64,000 bases of DNA from Thalia democratica (taxonomy: Eukaryota), in the NCBI GenBank assembly GCA_965202585.1, contig OZ241830.1:48050001-48114000 (forward strand), in the 5' to 3' direction. Under the pieces are notes generated by a model, which saw only the letters and a list, made by a program, of their open reading frames with translations, did not search any database and was not told the DNA's origin. Shown piece after piece: positions 48,140-61,291 of the stretch (position 1 is its first letter; the number at the start of each line of letters is the position of its first letter). Position numbers and translations under genes: made by a program.

Positions 48140-51100
48140 CTAAAAATGTCTGTATGTTTTAAATGTAAGTTGTTTTGTAAAAACTTTAAAAATTGTTTAA
48201 CCTGTTTTATATGCTTCCAAAAATGTCATGTTGAGTGTGCTTCTTAAAATAAAATGAAACTAAGCCTATATAAACAAGGTGATTACAAGTTTGTTTTATT
48301 GTGATACATGTAAGGAGTCTGTTTTTCCCTTTCAGAATGTTAACAACTTTGATTATGATTGTTTTTATAAATATGTTGAACCTAGTATTTTTAAAATTAA
48401 GAATGAGAGTTACTTAGATCTGTATAGTGTGAAATTTAACAAGAAAAATTGTATTAGTATTGTTTTTATGAATATAAGAAGCTTGAATGCAAATCTTTAT
48501 AAAATTGAGGAATTTTTGAGTGTAACTGAGGGATTGCATGATGTGATTTGTGTGTGTGAAACATGGCTAACAAATCTGAGACCTTTTGTAGGTAAGTTGT
48601 ACGGATATGATTTTGTTAATAAATTGTCTAATAGTAATCAATCTGGTGGTGTTGCATTTTTTGTTAGAGCTTGCCACTCTTATGAGGTTGTAGAAGGTGT
48701 GTCTTTTGAGCAGTGAGATGTAGATAATTTGTGGATCTCTATCAAACTTGAAAACAATAAATCGTTTGTAGTTGGTAATGTATAGACATCCAAGCACTAC
48801 ATTTAATACTTTTAAAGAAAATTTCCTTAAAGTTTTAGACCTATCAAATGAAAAGAATAAATATTATATAATCGGTGGTGATATAAATATAAACTTGTTT
48901 AATAGAGATCAGGGTACTTTTGACTATTTGGATTGTATTTCTAGTGCTGGTGCTTTGAAATTTGTTGATTTGCCAACTTGGCATTCTGCTGGTTATTTGT
49001 CTAGTTCTTTGATTGATCATGTTTATTCTAGTTTTGATTGTGAAAAGCTAAATGTCAATGTTGTGGATTATGATATATCTGATCATATGCCTGTTATCTG
49101 TGAAATTAAATGCAAAAAGTCCAAAAATGAGTATTGTGATCTGAGGTCCTTTCAGGACTTCAGCAAGTTTGAAGTTGAAGCTTTTCTGAATGATTTGAAT
49201 GTGAAATTGAGAGGCATGAACCTGTGTGCTGAAAATTGTGAAGATGTTAATAAATGTTGGGATGAGTTTGAGAGTATTTTTAGTGGGACGGTATATGATC
49301 ATGTTCCAGTCAAATTATTAAGTAAAAAAGAACAAAAACTAAAAGCTAAACTGTGGATAACAAAAGGTATAATAATCTCAATAAACTTTAAAAACTTAAT
49401 GTTTAAATTTGCCATTAAAGATAAAACAAAAAAAAATTCTGTTTGTTTTAAAAAATATCAAAATATATTAAACAGAGTAATAGAATGTTCCAAAAGACTT
49501 TATTATAAGCAACTAGTTAAAAAGAATAAACAAAATAGTAAAAAGTTATGGAAAATTGTAAATAATATTGGTTCCACTAAATCTACGTCTAGTTGTAAAA
49601 TTAAAGGTGTGCTTGATGAGTGTGGTAAATTTGTGAATGACCCAAAATGTGTAGGCAATCTAATGAATAAAATTTTTGTAAACATTGCTGACAATTTGTT
49701 AAAAAAAAAAAAGATGTTGTTGATGTAAAGAATGATGAGTATTTGTCTGATTCAGTTAAAAATGATTTTGTCTTTAATGAAATTTCTGTAGTGAGATTCT
49801 GATATTAAAACTTTAAATCCAAACAAAAGTGTGCGTTCTTATGTCCCTAATATTTGTTTTGTGAAGCTCAGTGGAAAAATAATTTCTCCTTATCTTTCTG
49901 AATTGTATAATAAATGTGTTGAGTATGGTTTGTTTCCTGAGTCACTTAAATTTGCTGAGGTAATTCCTATTTATAAATCTGGTAAAAAAATGACATTAAT
50001 AACTACAGACCTATATCTCTTTTATCCCCATTTTCAAAAATTTTAGAGTTTTTAGTGTGTGAGAGATTGAAAAAATTCTTTTTGTTGAATGAGGTACTAC
50101 ATGAAAAACAGTATGGGTTTAGAGAGAATAGTACAACTGAACTAGCTGTGAATCAGATTGTTGATGAGTTAATTGAGGCTGGTGAGAGAAAATTAATAAA
50201 TTGCTCCGTATTTTTGTATTTGGCTAAAGCATTGAACACAAATAATCATAAAATTCTAATATCTAAAATTAAAAATTATAATATAAAAGATTCAATGTTA
50301 AATTTACTTAAAGACTATTTAAAAGATAGAAGTCAATCAACGGTCATATATAATGTTGTATCTGAGCGTGAAATTGTGAATGTTGGAATACCACAAGGTT
50401 CTTGTTTGGGTCCTTTGTTGTTTCTCGTATATAATAATGATATTTTTTCCTCTACTGAGATAAATATGGGTTGTTTGCTGATGATCCCTGCTTGAGCTAC
50501 CAACACAGTGATCCTGAGTATTTAAATGAAACTATTAATAAGGAGTTGGTTAAAGTTGATAAATGGTTGTGTGCTAATAAACTTTTTATTAATTATTTAA
50601 AAACTAAATTTTTACTTTTTAATAAAACTTCAAAAAATTGTGAATTTAGTGTTAAAAGGTTAATGGTTTTCTTATTGAGCAGAGTAATAGTATAAAATAC
50701 TTAGGTGTGGTTTTGGATGATAAGCTGAATTGGAAGAAACATTTGAGTTCTCTGAAATCGAAATTGTCTAGGAGTTGTTATGTTTTGTCAAAATTGAGAT
50801 ACTACTTGGATACATTTACACTTAAAATGGTATATTATAGTTTTTTGTATTCGCAAATCCAATATTGTATATCTGTTTGGGGTAGTGCTGCTGACTGTTA
50901 CTTAAAACCAATTGTTTGTATGAAAAAAAAGAGTGATCAGGTATGTTTGTCGTGTGCCTGCCTTTACCACAACAAACCCTTTGTTTAAAAAAACTGGTGT
51001 GCTAAAATTAAAGGATATGTATAAATTGCAAACTTGTAAGTTGATGAGTAAAACTTTTAAAAACTTAAAAAAAGATCCTTTTAAGTTTAGATATCAAAAC
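48140..51100 (+). mobile_element. CR1/L2-group LINE (PHD-like Cys/His region, APE endonuclease, RT), decayed
   Basis: APE motifs MNIRSL, VCETWL, GGVAFF, YRHP, GGDIN, IDHVY, SDHMPV. RT motifs QYGFR, GIPQGSCLGPLLF, FADD. Split over several frames by stops and frameshifts. Confidence 0.92.
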
Positions 51101-51835
51101 TTTTTGTTGAATAACTACATGGAGTAGATGTAGAGTGCTTCTACATGTATGTTTTGTTTGTGTTGAAATTTGATTCATGTTATTTGGGACCAGATTGTGA
51201 TGTGTGGGTCTTTATTTTTATGAATGTCCTGGTAATGAAAGAGTGATTGTTATAAATTATTGTAATAAATTTTGTTTATTGCTAAGTTGTTTTACTTGTT
51301 TTAATTTTGTTATTGTGTTAGATTTAAGAAAATTCATTTATTTATTTATTTTAGAAATTAGAGGTAAAAGTATAAATCTAATACAACATTTCTATTTATT
51401 TTTTAATTATTTGTTTTAAAAGTTTTAGTTTTTTTTATTTTATTTTTTATTTATTTAATATCTATTTTAGTTGTTTATTATTTTTTTTTTTTTGAGTCTC
51501 GTACAAAGTTAATACTAACAAATTTTTTAAATTTTTTTTTATTTGTTGACTTTATTGTTGATATATATATAATTTATTCAAATAGCAATTTTAAAAATTC
51601 TGGAACATATGTTTCACAAAGCTTTAATTTTTCATAAAGCTTTGATCATCAGCCAGTTAAATTCAAAATAAAAAGCACTGTACTAAACAAAGATACAAAA
51701 GTTATGCAAAAAAACAAAAAACAGTATGACGTAATATTGTACATTACAAATATTCAGTACAAAAATCGATCTACCTTCTAACTAATCAAACAACTAAAAT
51801 TAACGAAAACAACAGTTAACTGACTATAAGATGCT

Positions 51836-52110
51836 TCAAAATTTGTTGTGTTTTAAGAGAAGCTTTTTTATATGTCGACAAGACGATATAAATTCGCTTC
51901 TCTTATTTAAACAACCTTCCTTTTTTAATGCATACATAACGGCTGTTGATTCTTTTAAGCACAGCCTACAAACAGGGTTGTTACCATCTGCTATTGGCTG
52001 TGCTCTTTTTATCACCTCCCAAGTTAATTTAAAATCAATGTTTTTGCGCTTTAGGCTAAACATATGTTCCAGAATTTTTAAAATCGCCATTTGAATAAAT
52101 TATTTAAAAG
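51836..52110 (-). mobile_element. Penelope-like (Neptune-type) 3' fragment
   Basis: WEVIKRA...CRLCLKES...LNKRSEFISSCRH..K matches the C-terminal zinc-finger-like tail of PLE GIY-YIG domains. Confidence 0.75.
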
Positions 52111-52163
52111 CCCTTCAAGTGGGCTCAGTTGAAAGTGTTTAAGTTTAAATATTAACCCTATTT

Positions 52164-52195
<32 letters not shown>

Positions 52196-55100
52196 TTTCA
52201 ATAAAAGAGTATCTTTTTTTCCTACTTACAGTATTTCTTTATTCTAGTTAGTTTTTTTTAGAACTAAATACTTAATTTAGATATTGGTTTATTTGAGTTT
52301 ACAACAGCTGATTGTGAGTTCACACTGGTGGCAGTGATCACATGATTGGATTGTTGGTGTGTTTTTTGTTGTAGCGTCAGCAAATACTTACTTGGGGATT
52401 TGAGCTTCATGATTTTCCCACACTTTCGGTTTTAGTGTTGAGATTTTAACCTTGTGAGTGTTTGCCAAATGACGTGTCACCAGAGGTTTTTTTTTCAATA
52501 AAGGGTTAGAATTAGTTTTTATTTCAGTTAGCTAAGAATTTTTTTTATTCCATAAACATTTTTAGTTTTGTTTTTAGTTAAAAGTTAATTTTTTTTTCTT
52601 AGTAAATTTAAAGATAGGGCAGGTGGAATACGTATGATGAGCTCAAACTCATTTGCTTGCCTTTCAGAAAACGTTTATTGTTGCAAAGGGGAGAGTGAGT
52701 ATTTTCTGATGTTTTTCTACCTTAAAAAAAAATCTAGCCTAAGTTTATAATCACATTAAAAGAATAATAATATGAGTCAAAAACTTATAGATAATTTTAA
52801 TAAACTTTTATACCTAATAATACTTAAATAATAACAAAAGACTTAACAAAATATTAAAAAAATACACAACCTTTGAGAAAAAAATTATGGAAGTCAAAAC
52901 ATAGCCAGAAAATTTAGAAACAATAGCCACATTAGCTCAAGTTTTTCAAAAATTTTAAACTAGACTGAGTTATCCTAAGTGTATGCTAACCCTGATAGGT
53001 TTTTATACTATATTTTATGCTTCAGGAATAATACTTTATTAATTATTCATAAGCTATATGTTGGTTCTTTTTGGTGGCTGGTTGGAATAGTGGTTATTAT
53101 TACTATTTTAGAGCACTGCTTTAAATTTTCACACATAATGTGATTCAAAATTTCAAGTTTATACTTTCTGTGTACATCATGTCATGCCATCTACGAAACA
53201 TATTTGATATTTTTTTTGTATATTGAACCTTTAAATAAATAGCACCTTTTTTACCATTAAAAAAACACCAGTCTTAACACTACCCATTGTAATGTATTTT
53301 TTTGTTTCTAGAGAAAAGCAAGTGTGTTAAATCATGTATAGTTTTACCTGCCCTAATAATATTTAATGTTTAATTAACCAATTATTAAAACTATCATTTA
53401 AACAATTAAAATCATTGATGACACACCATTAGGAGAAAACTCACAAGGTTAAAACCTCAATAATGAAAACCACAAAGTTTGAGAAAATAATGAATCTAAA
53501 ATCCCAAAGCAAGTGTTCACTGGCCCTATAACAAAAATCAAAACAACAATCCAACCATGTGATCTTCTAGGTAAGATTACAGTAGTATATAAAATGTTAC
53601 AAGGGTTAGCAAGTGATCAGATTCTGTATACTTAACTTGTCTACTCTATTGCACATTTTTTCAATATATTCTAAATATTACATCATTCAATTTGAGTTTT
53701 AAATTGAAAAATAAAAACCCAGTTGTTGACACATATACAAAAAAAAATTATAACATTAATATGTATTATGATCATTTCACTACAAACTTGAGAAAAATTT
53801 TGATCATTTTTAAAATACTATTATATATGAAATCTTTACTGTTAACAAAACTTTTACTTTTGATGACAATAAATATGACAATGATTTTATAACTTAATCC
53901 ATATTTTAAAACTAAACTTTTAATTCTGAGTTGGTTGTATAAGGTGAAATAAAAAATATGTCTGTGAAATTTTAAGTAGTTTATGCAAGAGGGTGTACAT
54001 AATACATATGTTTTAAATCAATTTAGTTGGTTTAGGAACAAAATTTAAGTATTTTAAGTAACATGTTAAGATAACATCAAGTACCATTTTAGAGTTTGAT
54101 TTCATTAAAAAAATACAACGCAATGTTTCTAAACATTATTAAGGACTTCAAATATATTTTAATTTTAGATTTATTATAAAAAATTTATAATCTATACTAA
54201 ACTTATTTCGTAAATTCTGTTTCAGTTTATTTAACTAGCGAGCTTCGATCTTTAAATGTTCCACAACTAGAGTTTTTAATGCTTGTTTTAAAACGAAAAC
54301 TACACAAAAAAGCAACTCTTTTGTAAGTATTTTTTGTTTAACTATTACTAAAAACAAAAACGAGTTCTTAAAACTAAATAATGAAGCCTTATGTTTTGAT
54401 TTTAAATGTGGACTATTGACCCTTATTAAGTTTCTAACTTTTAGTATAAATTACAGAAAGATAGTAATAAGTATACGTTATTAACAGACAAATCATTAAC
54501 TAATTAACTAATAATCTATATTATTCTATACTCTGTCTACCCTATTACCCATAAGCGCCCCTGTTTATTAAGATACTTTTTAGTTTTAGACTTAGACTGT
54601 ATTTTCTTTTTTAGGTTATTAAAGTTTTTGAATGCATTAGTTATAAAACTGTTTTAAGTAAACACATAATTTAACTAATTTTCTTTTAGTTTTTTTTTTT
54701 CATTTTATTGGTTGTTTTTTTCTTAAAGTTAAATAGTTTATAGTAAATTTTTTTTACTACTTAAATCGTAAGAAATTGTGAAAGCAAATGGTGTCCTACT
54801 CGATAACCGAAGAGTTTTTTTGTACACCAGGTCCTTAAACTTTTTGAGCGGTTTACTTATCATTAAATAACAATAATATCAGTTTATAAACTTACATTAT
54901 GTTTACTTTTTAAAAAATCTAGTTTTAGTTAATTAAGTTATAGAATTTATGACCATTACAGTGAAATTTTATTTCAAAGTTTCCTTATTTATTTTATTGT
55001 TACTTATTCTAGTATAATATAAATATAACATCTCAAAAAAAATGAACCTACTATCAAAGTTTTAATTTTAAGAAACAAGCTAAATAGTTGATTTTGTTCT

Positions 55101-56258
55101 TATGGAAAATAAACTTATAAGATCGTATTTAGACCAAGTGATTAATTAAAATTATGGGTTAGTTAATGGTAAGTTTCAATGTATGGCTTTTTAATAACTT
55201 TTATTTTGTACTACATTTATTATAACAGGGTTCTGAAACTGCGGTCCATAAAGCAAAAGTCTGAAGCCTACAACGTACTTTTCATCTAAATACGTGTATT
55301 TTAAACAAAATAAGTATAAGTTTTAGTGATAAATAGCTTTTGCCTGCGAAAGAATTTTTAATACAATACGGCCCGAGAGAAAGTTTTTTTATGAAAATTG
55401 TCCCTATACTTGTAAAAGCTGTCAACGCCTGTATTATAACATAACAAAGATTATTAACTTAAAGTTTCAATAAACAAAATAAAAATTAAAAACAGTCAAA
55501 AAAATTAATTAAATCTTTTCAATTAATTTAGTTTTACTTTATAGCAACGTAAGTTAAAAATGTTTGTGGTACTACCTTACATAAGCTTTTTAAAGCTTTT
55601 GTATAGTTTTATGATTTTACAGTTAAACTAATAAACATCAAATTTTGACGGTATATATAAAAATTTTTTTTAATAGAATATAAAAATTAGCTTTAATTAT
55701 GAACTTTACCAACAAAATATAAATTTAGCTGTATTTTTTATTTAACTAACTATATCACTTGATTTTGTAAATGAAAATAAACTTTACTTTATAGTAAAAT
55801 TTTTTAATTTACATACATTTCTAAGTAAAAATAATAACTATTATTCACCGTACTAAAACAAATAATATATATACCAATTTTTCATTTAAAAAATTTGAAA
55901 CTTAAAACAAGCTTTTCTACACATACTTTGCTTTTTGGAGAGAAGTTATTTTTTAATTTTGTTAGTTTCTTGCATACATTAATTGGTTGTTTTAGTTTAC
56001 AATTTGCCGCAATAGAGAACTAGTTTGAGGCGGAATTCTGCGTAAAACCGTTTTGTAGCATCTTTAATAACTGGATTTTGATTATTTTTTGGACGCACTC
56101 TCATTTGTTACTGCTGAGCAAAACACTGTTGCTGATAAGCCTGATCGTTTGGCTGCTGTTACTGTTAAACATTCTTGATTTAGCGTGAAAGTTTGATAAA
56201 ATTTATGAATGCTTAGATTTAAAAGCACATCATAAAACTCGAACTTTTTTAATAAAAA

Positions 56259-59200
56259 TGAAGAATAACTCCTTGTAAATTTAGTTTAATAATTTATTAA
56301 CAATGAAAAATCTAAAATGAAAACAAGTATAAACATAAACACTAAAATGAGCTATAGTCTAATTATTCTACATCCCCTCCAGCTCATTTAAGATAATAAC
56401 AAGTTTTAGTCAATGACATAGCTCGTCAAAAGGGTATTTAAATAAGTAACAAAAATATTTTACTAAGATGAAACTAAATTATATGCTTTAACAAAGCTCA
56501 ATTAACTTAAACAAGGGATTTATTTGAGGAAAAAAAAAACAAAACTGCATTAAAACGCACTAAATAAATCCAAAACAATTCAAATTCATGCAATTCCACG
56601 CTGAATCCTTCCTGGCTCAGCAATTATCAATATCAGCAGCAATTGAACACTCAGCACCAACTGTTGTATAAACAGGAACACACAGACTTCACTTACGGTG
56701 ATTTCTACTTTGGAGTACTCCACTCTCAAGCTTCTCTGGCGCATTGAAGTCTTTCAACCTACGCAAAGCAAGCGGCACCTTATTTTTTTTGGGAACCATA
56801 GGAGCAGGAATGTACTCTTCCTCAACCTCTTCATGATCCGCTTCAACCTCACTGGTTTTACCAGTATTGGCACCGTTTGAATCCTCTGTAATCTTTACAG
56901 AAGAATCAGGACGTTGATGATCAACAATGCACTCATGTGAGCTTGGTAGATTACTGCTCCAACCTTAGGAAAAGTTTTTGCTTCAATGCTTGTTGAGGCT
57001 GGGTTGTACATCCTTAAAAACTTTCTGTTCCTCCGAGTAAGTCTCCGTGAACCATCAACTCTGACTACATACTGATCATGTGGAAGCACCTCCATTACCA
57101 CTCCGTTTCTATCCTATTTACGTGGATGAGTGCCACTCTGGTTCTGCAGTAGACACCTACTGCCAACATAGAGAGGTCACAAATCCCTGGCTCTCTGGTC
57201 AAGTACTTCGGAATTCTTAACAAATCTTGTACGGAGCGCCTCTTCTTTAAGCTTCCATGCTTTTCTCCACATGGGTCGCACATTAGAATTGGAGAATTTG
57301 TCAAGTTTGTTCAAGAATTAGAAACTATCTCGCGAGTTCAGCATCAGCTGACGTCCATATACGATCTCGGCTGGAGACACTTGACAATCGCTATCAGGAG
57401 TATTTCTCAAATGGAGCATCGCACTTAAAAACTTGTCATTGTCGAGACTTCCTGAAGCGTCAATTCCTTTGTTGCACTGGACGTAAATTCCAGTCCACCA
57501 TCACTTGATATTTCCTCGGGTACTCCAAACCTGGAAAACAAAACTCGGAGGCACCTAATCAACCCACGCGAACCTGCCTGAGAGGTTCCGCTTGGTGTGG
57601 AAAATATTTCTGACCAACCCGACAACCTGTCACCGACTACCAAAAAATTGTTTCCGGCAAACTGGAAAAAATCCGCGAATATTTTTTCAAAAGGGTTTGT
57701 AGGAGGATCAGATGCTTCTTGTGGCATTGATGGTTAAGAAGGTAAATTGCGGTTGCAGCTTTGACAATTGGCCCGAATTGCTTCAATGTCTTGTGTAATA
57801 CCAGGCTAGAAGACAATCTGTTGGGCACGATTATGTGACTCCTTGGTGCGCCGAGTGTAACTTGTTAAGGACCCGATATCGTAAACTGACGGAGATTACT
57901 ACTCTATTTTTGTAAAGTATAACCCCATCACTTAAGTACAATGCATAATCGTATCTAAAATACACTGACAAAGATTCATCATGTTTCAAGCTTCGACCTT
58001 CTTCAATACACCTGGATACTCTTGAAAGAACTTTGTCATTTAGTGTCTCTTCTACAATTTCCTCCCAAGTTATTGCCATTGAATGGCATACTTCATTACT
58101 CAATGAAGCAATTAGAAGTGATTCGTCAGTCAAATAACTATCATGTGAATTCACTTCATTAATCGAGCTTGGATAACGTTATGCAGCATCTGCCGCTAGA
58201 TTAGTTTTACCTGCCATGTAATGCACTTGAAAAAGCCATGGCAATGTACGTTGTTTGAACCTAAAAATGCGCGTGTTGTGAATTTCGTTTAAGGTACGAT
58301 CACCAAAAATCTTTACCTGTGCTTTATGATCCGTAACAACCACAAGATCTTTGCAGCCCTTAGTGAAATACTTTGTCTGTTCTAATGACCAAGCAATAGC
58401 AAGCGACTCCCCTTCTATGGCAGCATAATTCTTTTCTGCCCCATTCAGAAACCTTGAACCTGCAAGCGTCACTTTCCAGCCTATGGTGCAGCAATCTGGT
58501 AACCGGCTATTGCATTTGCAGTGTTTTTGCATAAGGAAGTAGCCCAATCCTTGCTTTGACCAGTCTGGTCTAAGACAAGTCAGTTTCCCAAGATCAAAAA
58601 TTTGAACAGCGCTCTTTATTGCGTCAATGATTATCTCTTTTGATTCATTAAATGATTGGTTTAATTTTTCTGTCCACATAAACTTATATTTTGGACTGAG
58701 AAAATCTCTAAACGGTGCCATAACTTTACGAAGTTTGGCATAATTTGCGACTTGATCTATCAGAACAAACCAGCTACGTATATCTGTGGCAGACTTTGGG
58801 GTTGGGAAATTGCGAATGGAGTCCAGATATCTGGGCAAAGGTTCTATACGTTCACCAGAAATTCTAAATCCAGCAAAATCAACGAGCTTTTGACAAAACT
58901 GGAACTTTTTGGGATTTAGAATGATGCCTGCATTGCCAACTTTTGACAGAAAATCTATTGTTCGCCACCAGTGACACTCTTATTCTGAATCAAAAAATAT
59001 AGTGTCATCAACACATCTCTCCTTTCTTTCAAAATCAGATAAAATAGCTGCAAATCGTCGATTGTAACCATCACAAGATGATACAAAACCTTGAGATGCT
59101 CTAGTATATCGGAACCAGCCAAACAGAGTGATAAATGTAGTGAAGTGTTTATCACTTTCTCTCAGTGGAACTCCATGATACCCGTTCCATGCGTCTGTTA

Positions 59201-61291
59201 CAGTCTTGAACGTTCCCTTTGGAATTATGCGCGCTAGTTTAAACGGAGTATCTGTAGCGCACGTCTCCCTCTGGCAATACTTGTTAAGTGGTGAGAAATC
59301 TACTGTCCTCCTAGGTGACCCATCCTGTTTCCTGGTGACCATTATGCGGTGACACCAGCTTACAGGTTCACCAAATGGGACACGTTCGAAGACACCCAAC
59401 CTCAAATCTCTAATGAGATCTGCTTCAACCTTGCCTCTGCCAATGAATTGGCACGTGAGCTGGTGTATGACAAGCACGTGGTTTAGCATAGTTTTCCAAA
59501 TGTATCTCAAGTGGAGGCCCACTCATTTGCTGGAGTAGTCTATGTGGGCATACGTTAAACGTTGAAGCTGCGTACCTATGTAAGAGCCAATCACGCATTT
59601 TGCTCACGTTTGTATTTGTTGCCTCAAACGGAAGTTTGTTTGGTCGGTCTGGCACTCTTCTCCTTGGTGGGCAATCACAGATCACATCTTTATGCGAGTC
59701 CAGTCTATTCGGATCATTTTCATTTGAATTTACAGCAACTTCAGAATGCTGATGAGGCAGTTGAGATCCAATGGTGGGAAAATCATTATTTATAATCAGG
59801 AGGTCAACCATGGTTTCATACGAGAGAAAGAATCCAGTCACTGAATTGCTTATTCCATCATATCTGATAACCTCCTTCTTTGGAGACATTCCGCTAAAAG
59901 TCGCTTTGAAAGCCCCTAGTATGTTAATAGGAGGAATTTTATTGGCAGCCCGAATTGTGATGGATACAGGCATTAAATCCTTCTTACAAAAACCAGCCTC
60001 CTGAAAGTTTTTCCACCCCCAAAGGTTCGACTGTGCTCCAGTATCAGCTAAAGCACTTACCCATGCAAACTTGTTTGTGACATGTCTAGCAATCTTGACT
60101 GATGCACGAGAATGATCAGTCGTTGCCTTGGCTTTACGCAAGGACTTCTTGCTGAATATGGTGTTATTCAACAAGATTCCTTTACTTGCGTGTAGTGACA
60201 TTATTTGGGTATCTTGTTGCATAAAATCAGAACGATCAGCTTGGATTTGAAAGGCATTATTTTTTTTGATCGACTACGCCAACAAGATAAACAATATCTG
60301 AAAGGCTTTTTATTTTGGTTACCTTTTTCGTTGAAAGGATAGAAAAGCTTTTTACAGTTCTGGCAAGGAACATGTTGGGACTTATCTCCTATGTTGACAC
60401 GTCCCTTCTTCTGACGTTGAAAGGAAGAGACTGCAGATATAGTCCGCAAATTCTTAGTCGCATGGCGTCCCATTTCTTTACTTTTAATAAAGGAAATTAT
60501 ATCAAATGATGACCTGGATAAGATATCTTCAGTACTCAGAACTTCTCTTCTTATGTTATCGTCCCCAACGCCAGCGAGCATCACGTCTTTTATTGCTTCT
60601 TCTGTGTAACTCGTCATATTGCTTTTCCCACAGTCACACTCACTGACTGTAGTGAAATTGCAGGTTTCTGCTTTGCTTCGTACACGTGTGGCAAACGTTC
60701 TAAACGGTTCATCATGGTTCTGATGTAGGTTTATAAGTTCTGCTCTTTTTACACCAATAGCAACTTTTATGACTGCAATCGATTCTATCAGTTTAGCAAT
60801 GTAACTTTCTGATTTGGCCATCAGTCGAGGATCACTTGCTAACATAAGATCGCCAAGCTTGTCCTGCGCACACTGAAAAAGCTGTATGCTTGCATTTTGG
60901 TTGCTTATATTCGAAACAATCTTGAATGCCTCCCACCTCCGAATGAAAGCAAGCCATGTCTCTTGGCTGATCCCCCGGTCAACCCTTGGTCGAATCAATC
61001 GAGATGCACTTGGCATTACTCCATTATTGGATAACCCAGAATCTTGCTGATGCTCCACTTTGTGGAGGTTGAAAAAGCTACTCACTACATCACCGGATAA
61101 TTCTGGCGTCTGGAACTTGCATCCACGGATTGGGCACTTTACTACAACCATTTTACTTTCTCAGATTGTTGATAAGATTTTACATGAAAAATAACACCTT
61201 GTCAAATTAGTTTAATAATTTATTAACAATCTGAAATGAAAACAAGTATAAACATAAACACTAAAATGAGCTATTGTCTAACTATTCTACA
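56259..61291 (-). mobile_element. Ty3/Gypsy LTR retrotransposon (Mag-like), full length but decayed
   Basis: Short LTRs at 61185-61291 and 56259-56372 (TGTAGAAT...TTCA, several differences). PPT GAGCTGGAGGGGA before the 3' LTR. Gag 60201-61151, PR ADTGAQS, RT DAWNGY/CVDD, RNase H PDWS/EGESLA/TDH, IN AHQG/FADFF/SDGG, with many frameshifts. Confidence 0.93.

Noticed and set aside
56259-61291. The decayed Gypsy element as helper for the Pol-less element
   Set aside because: Different LTR length and ends, different Gag type, no Trp PBS, and its pol is broken by many frameshifts.
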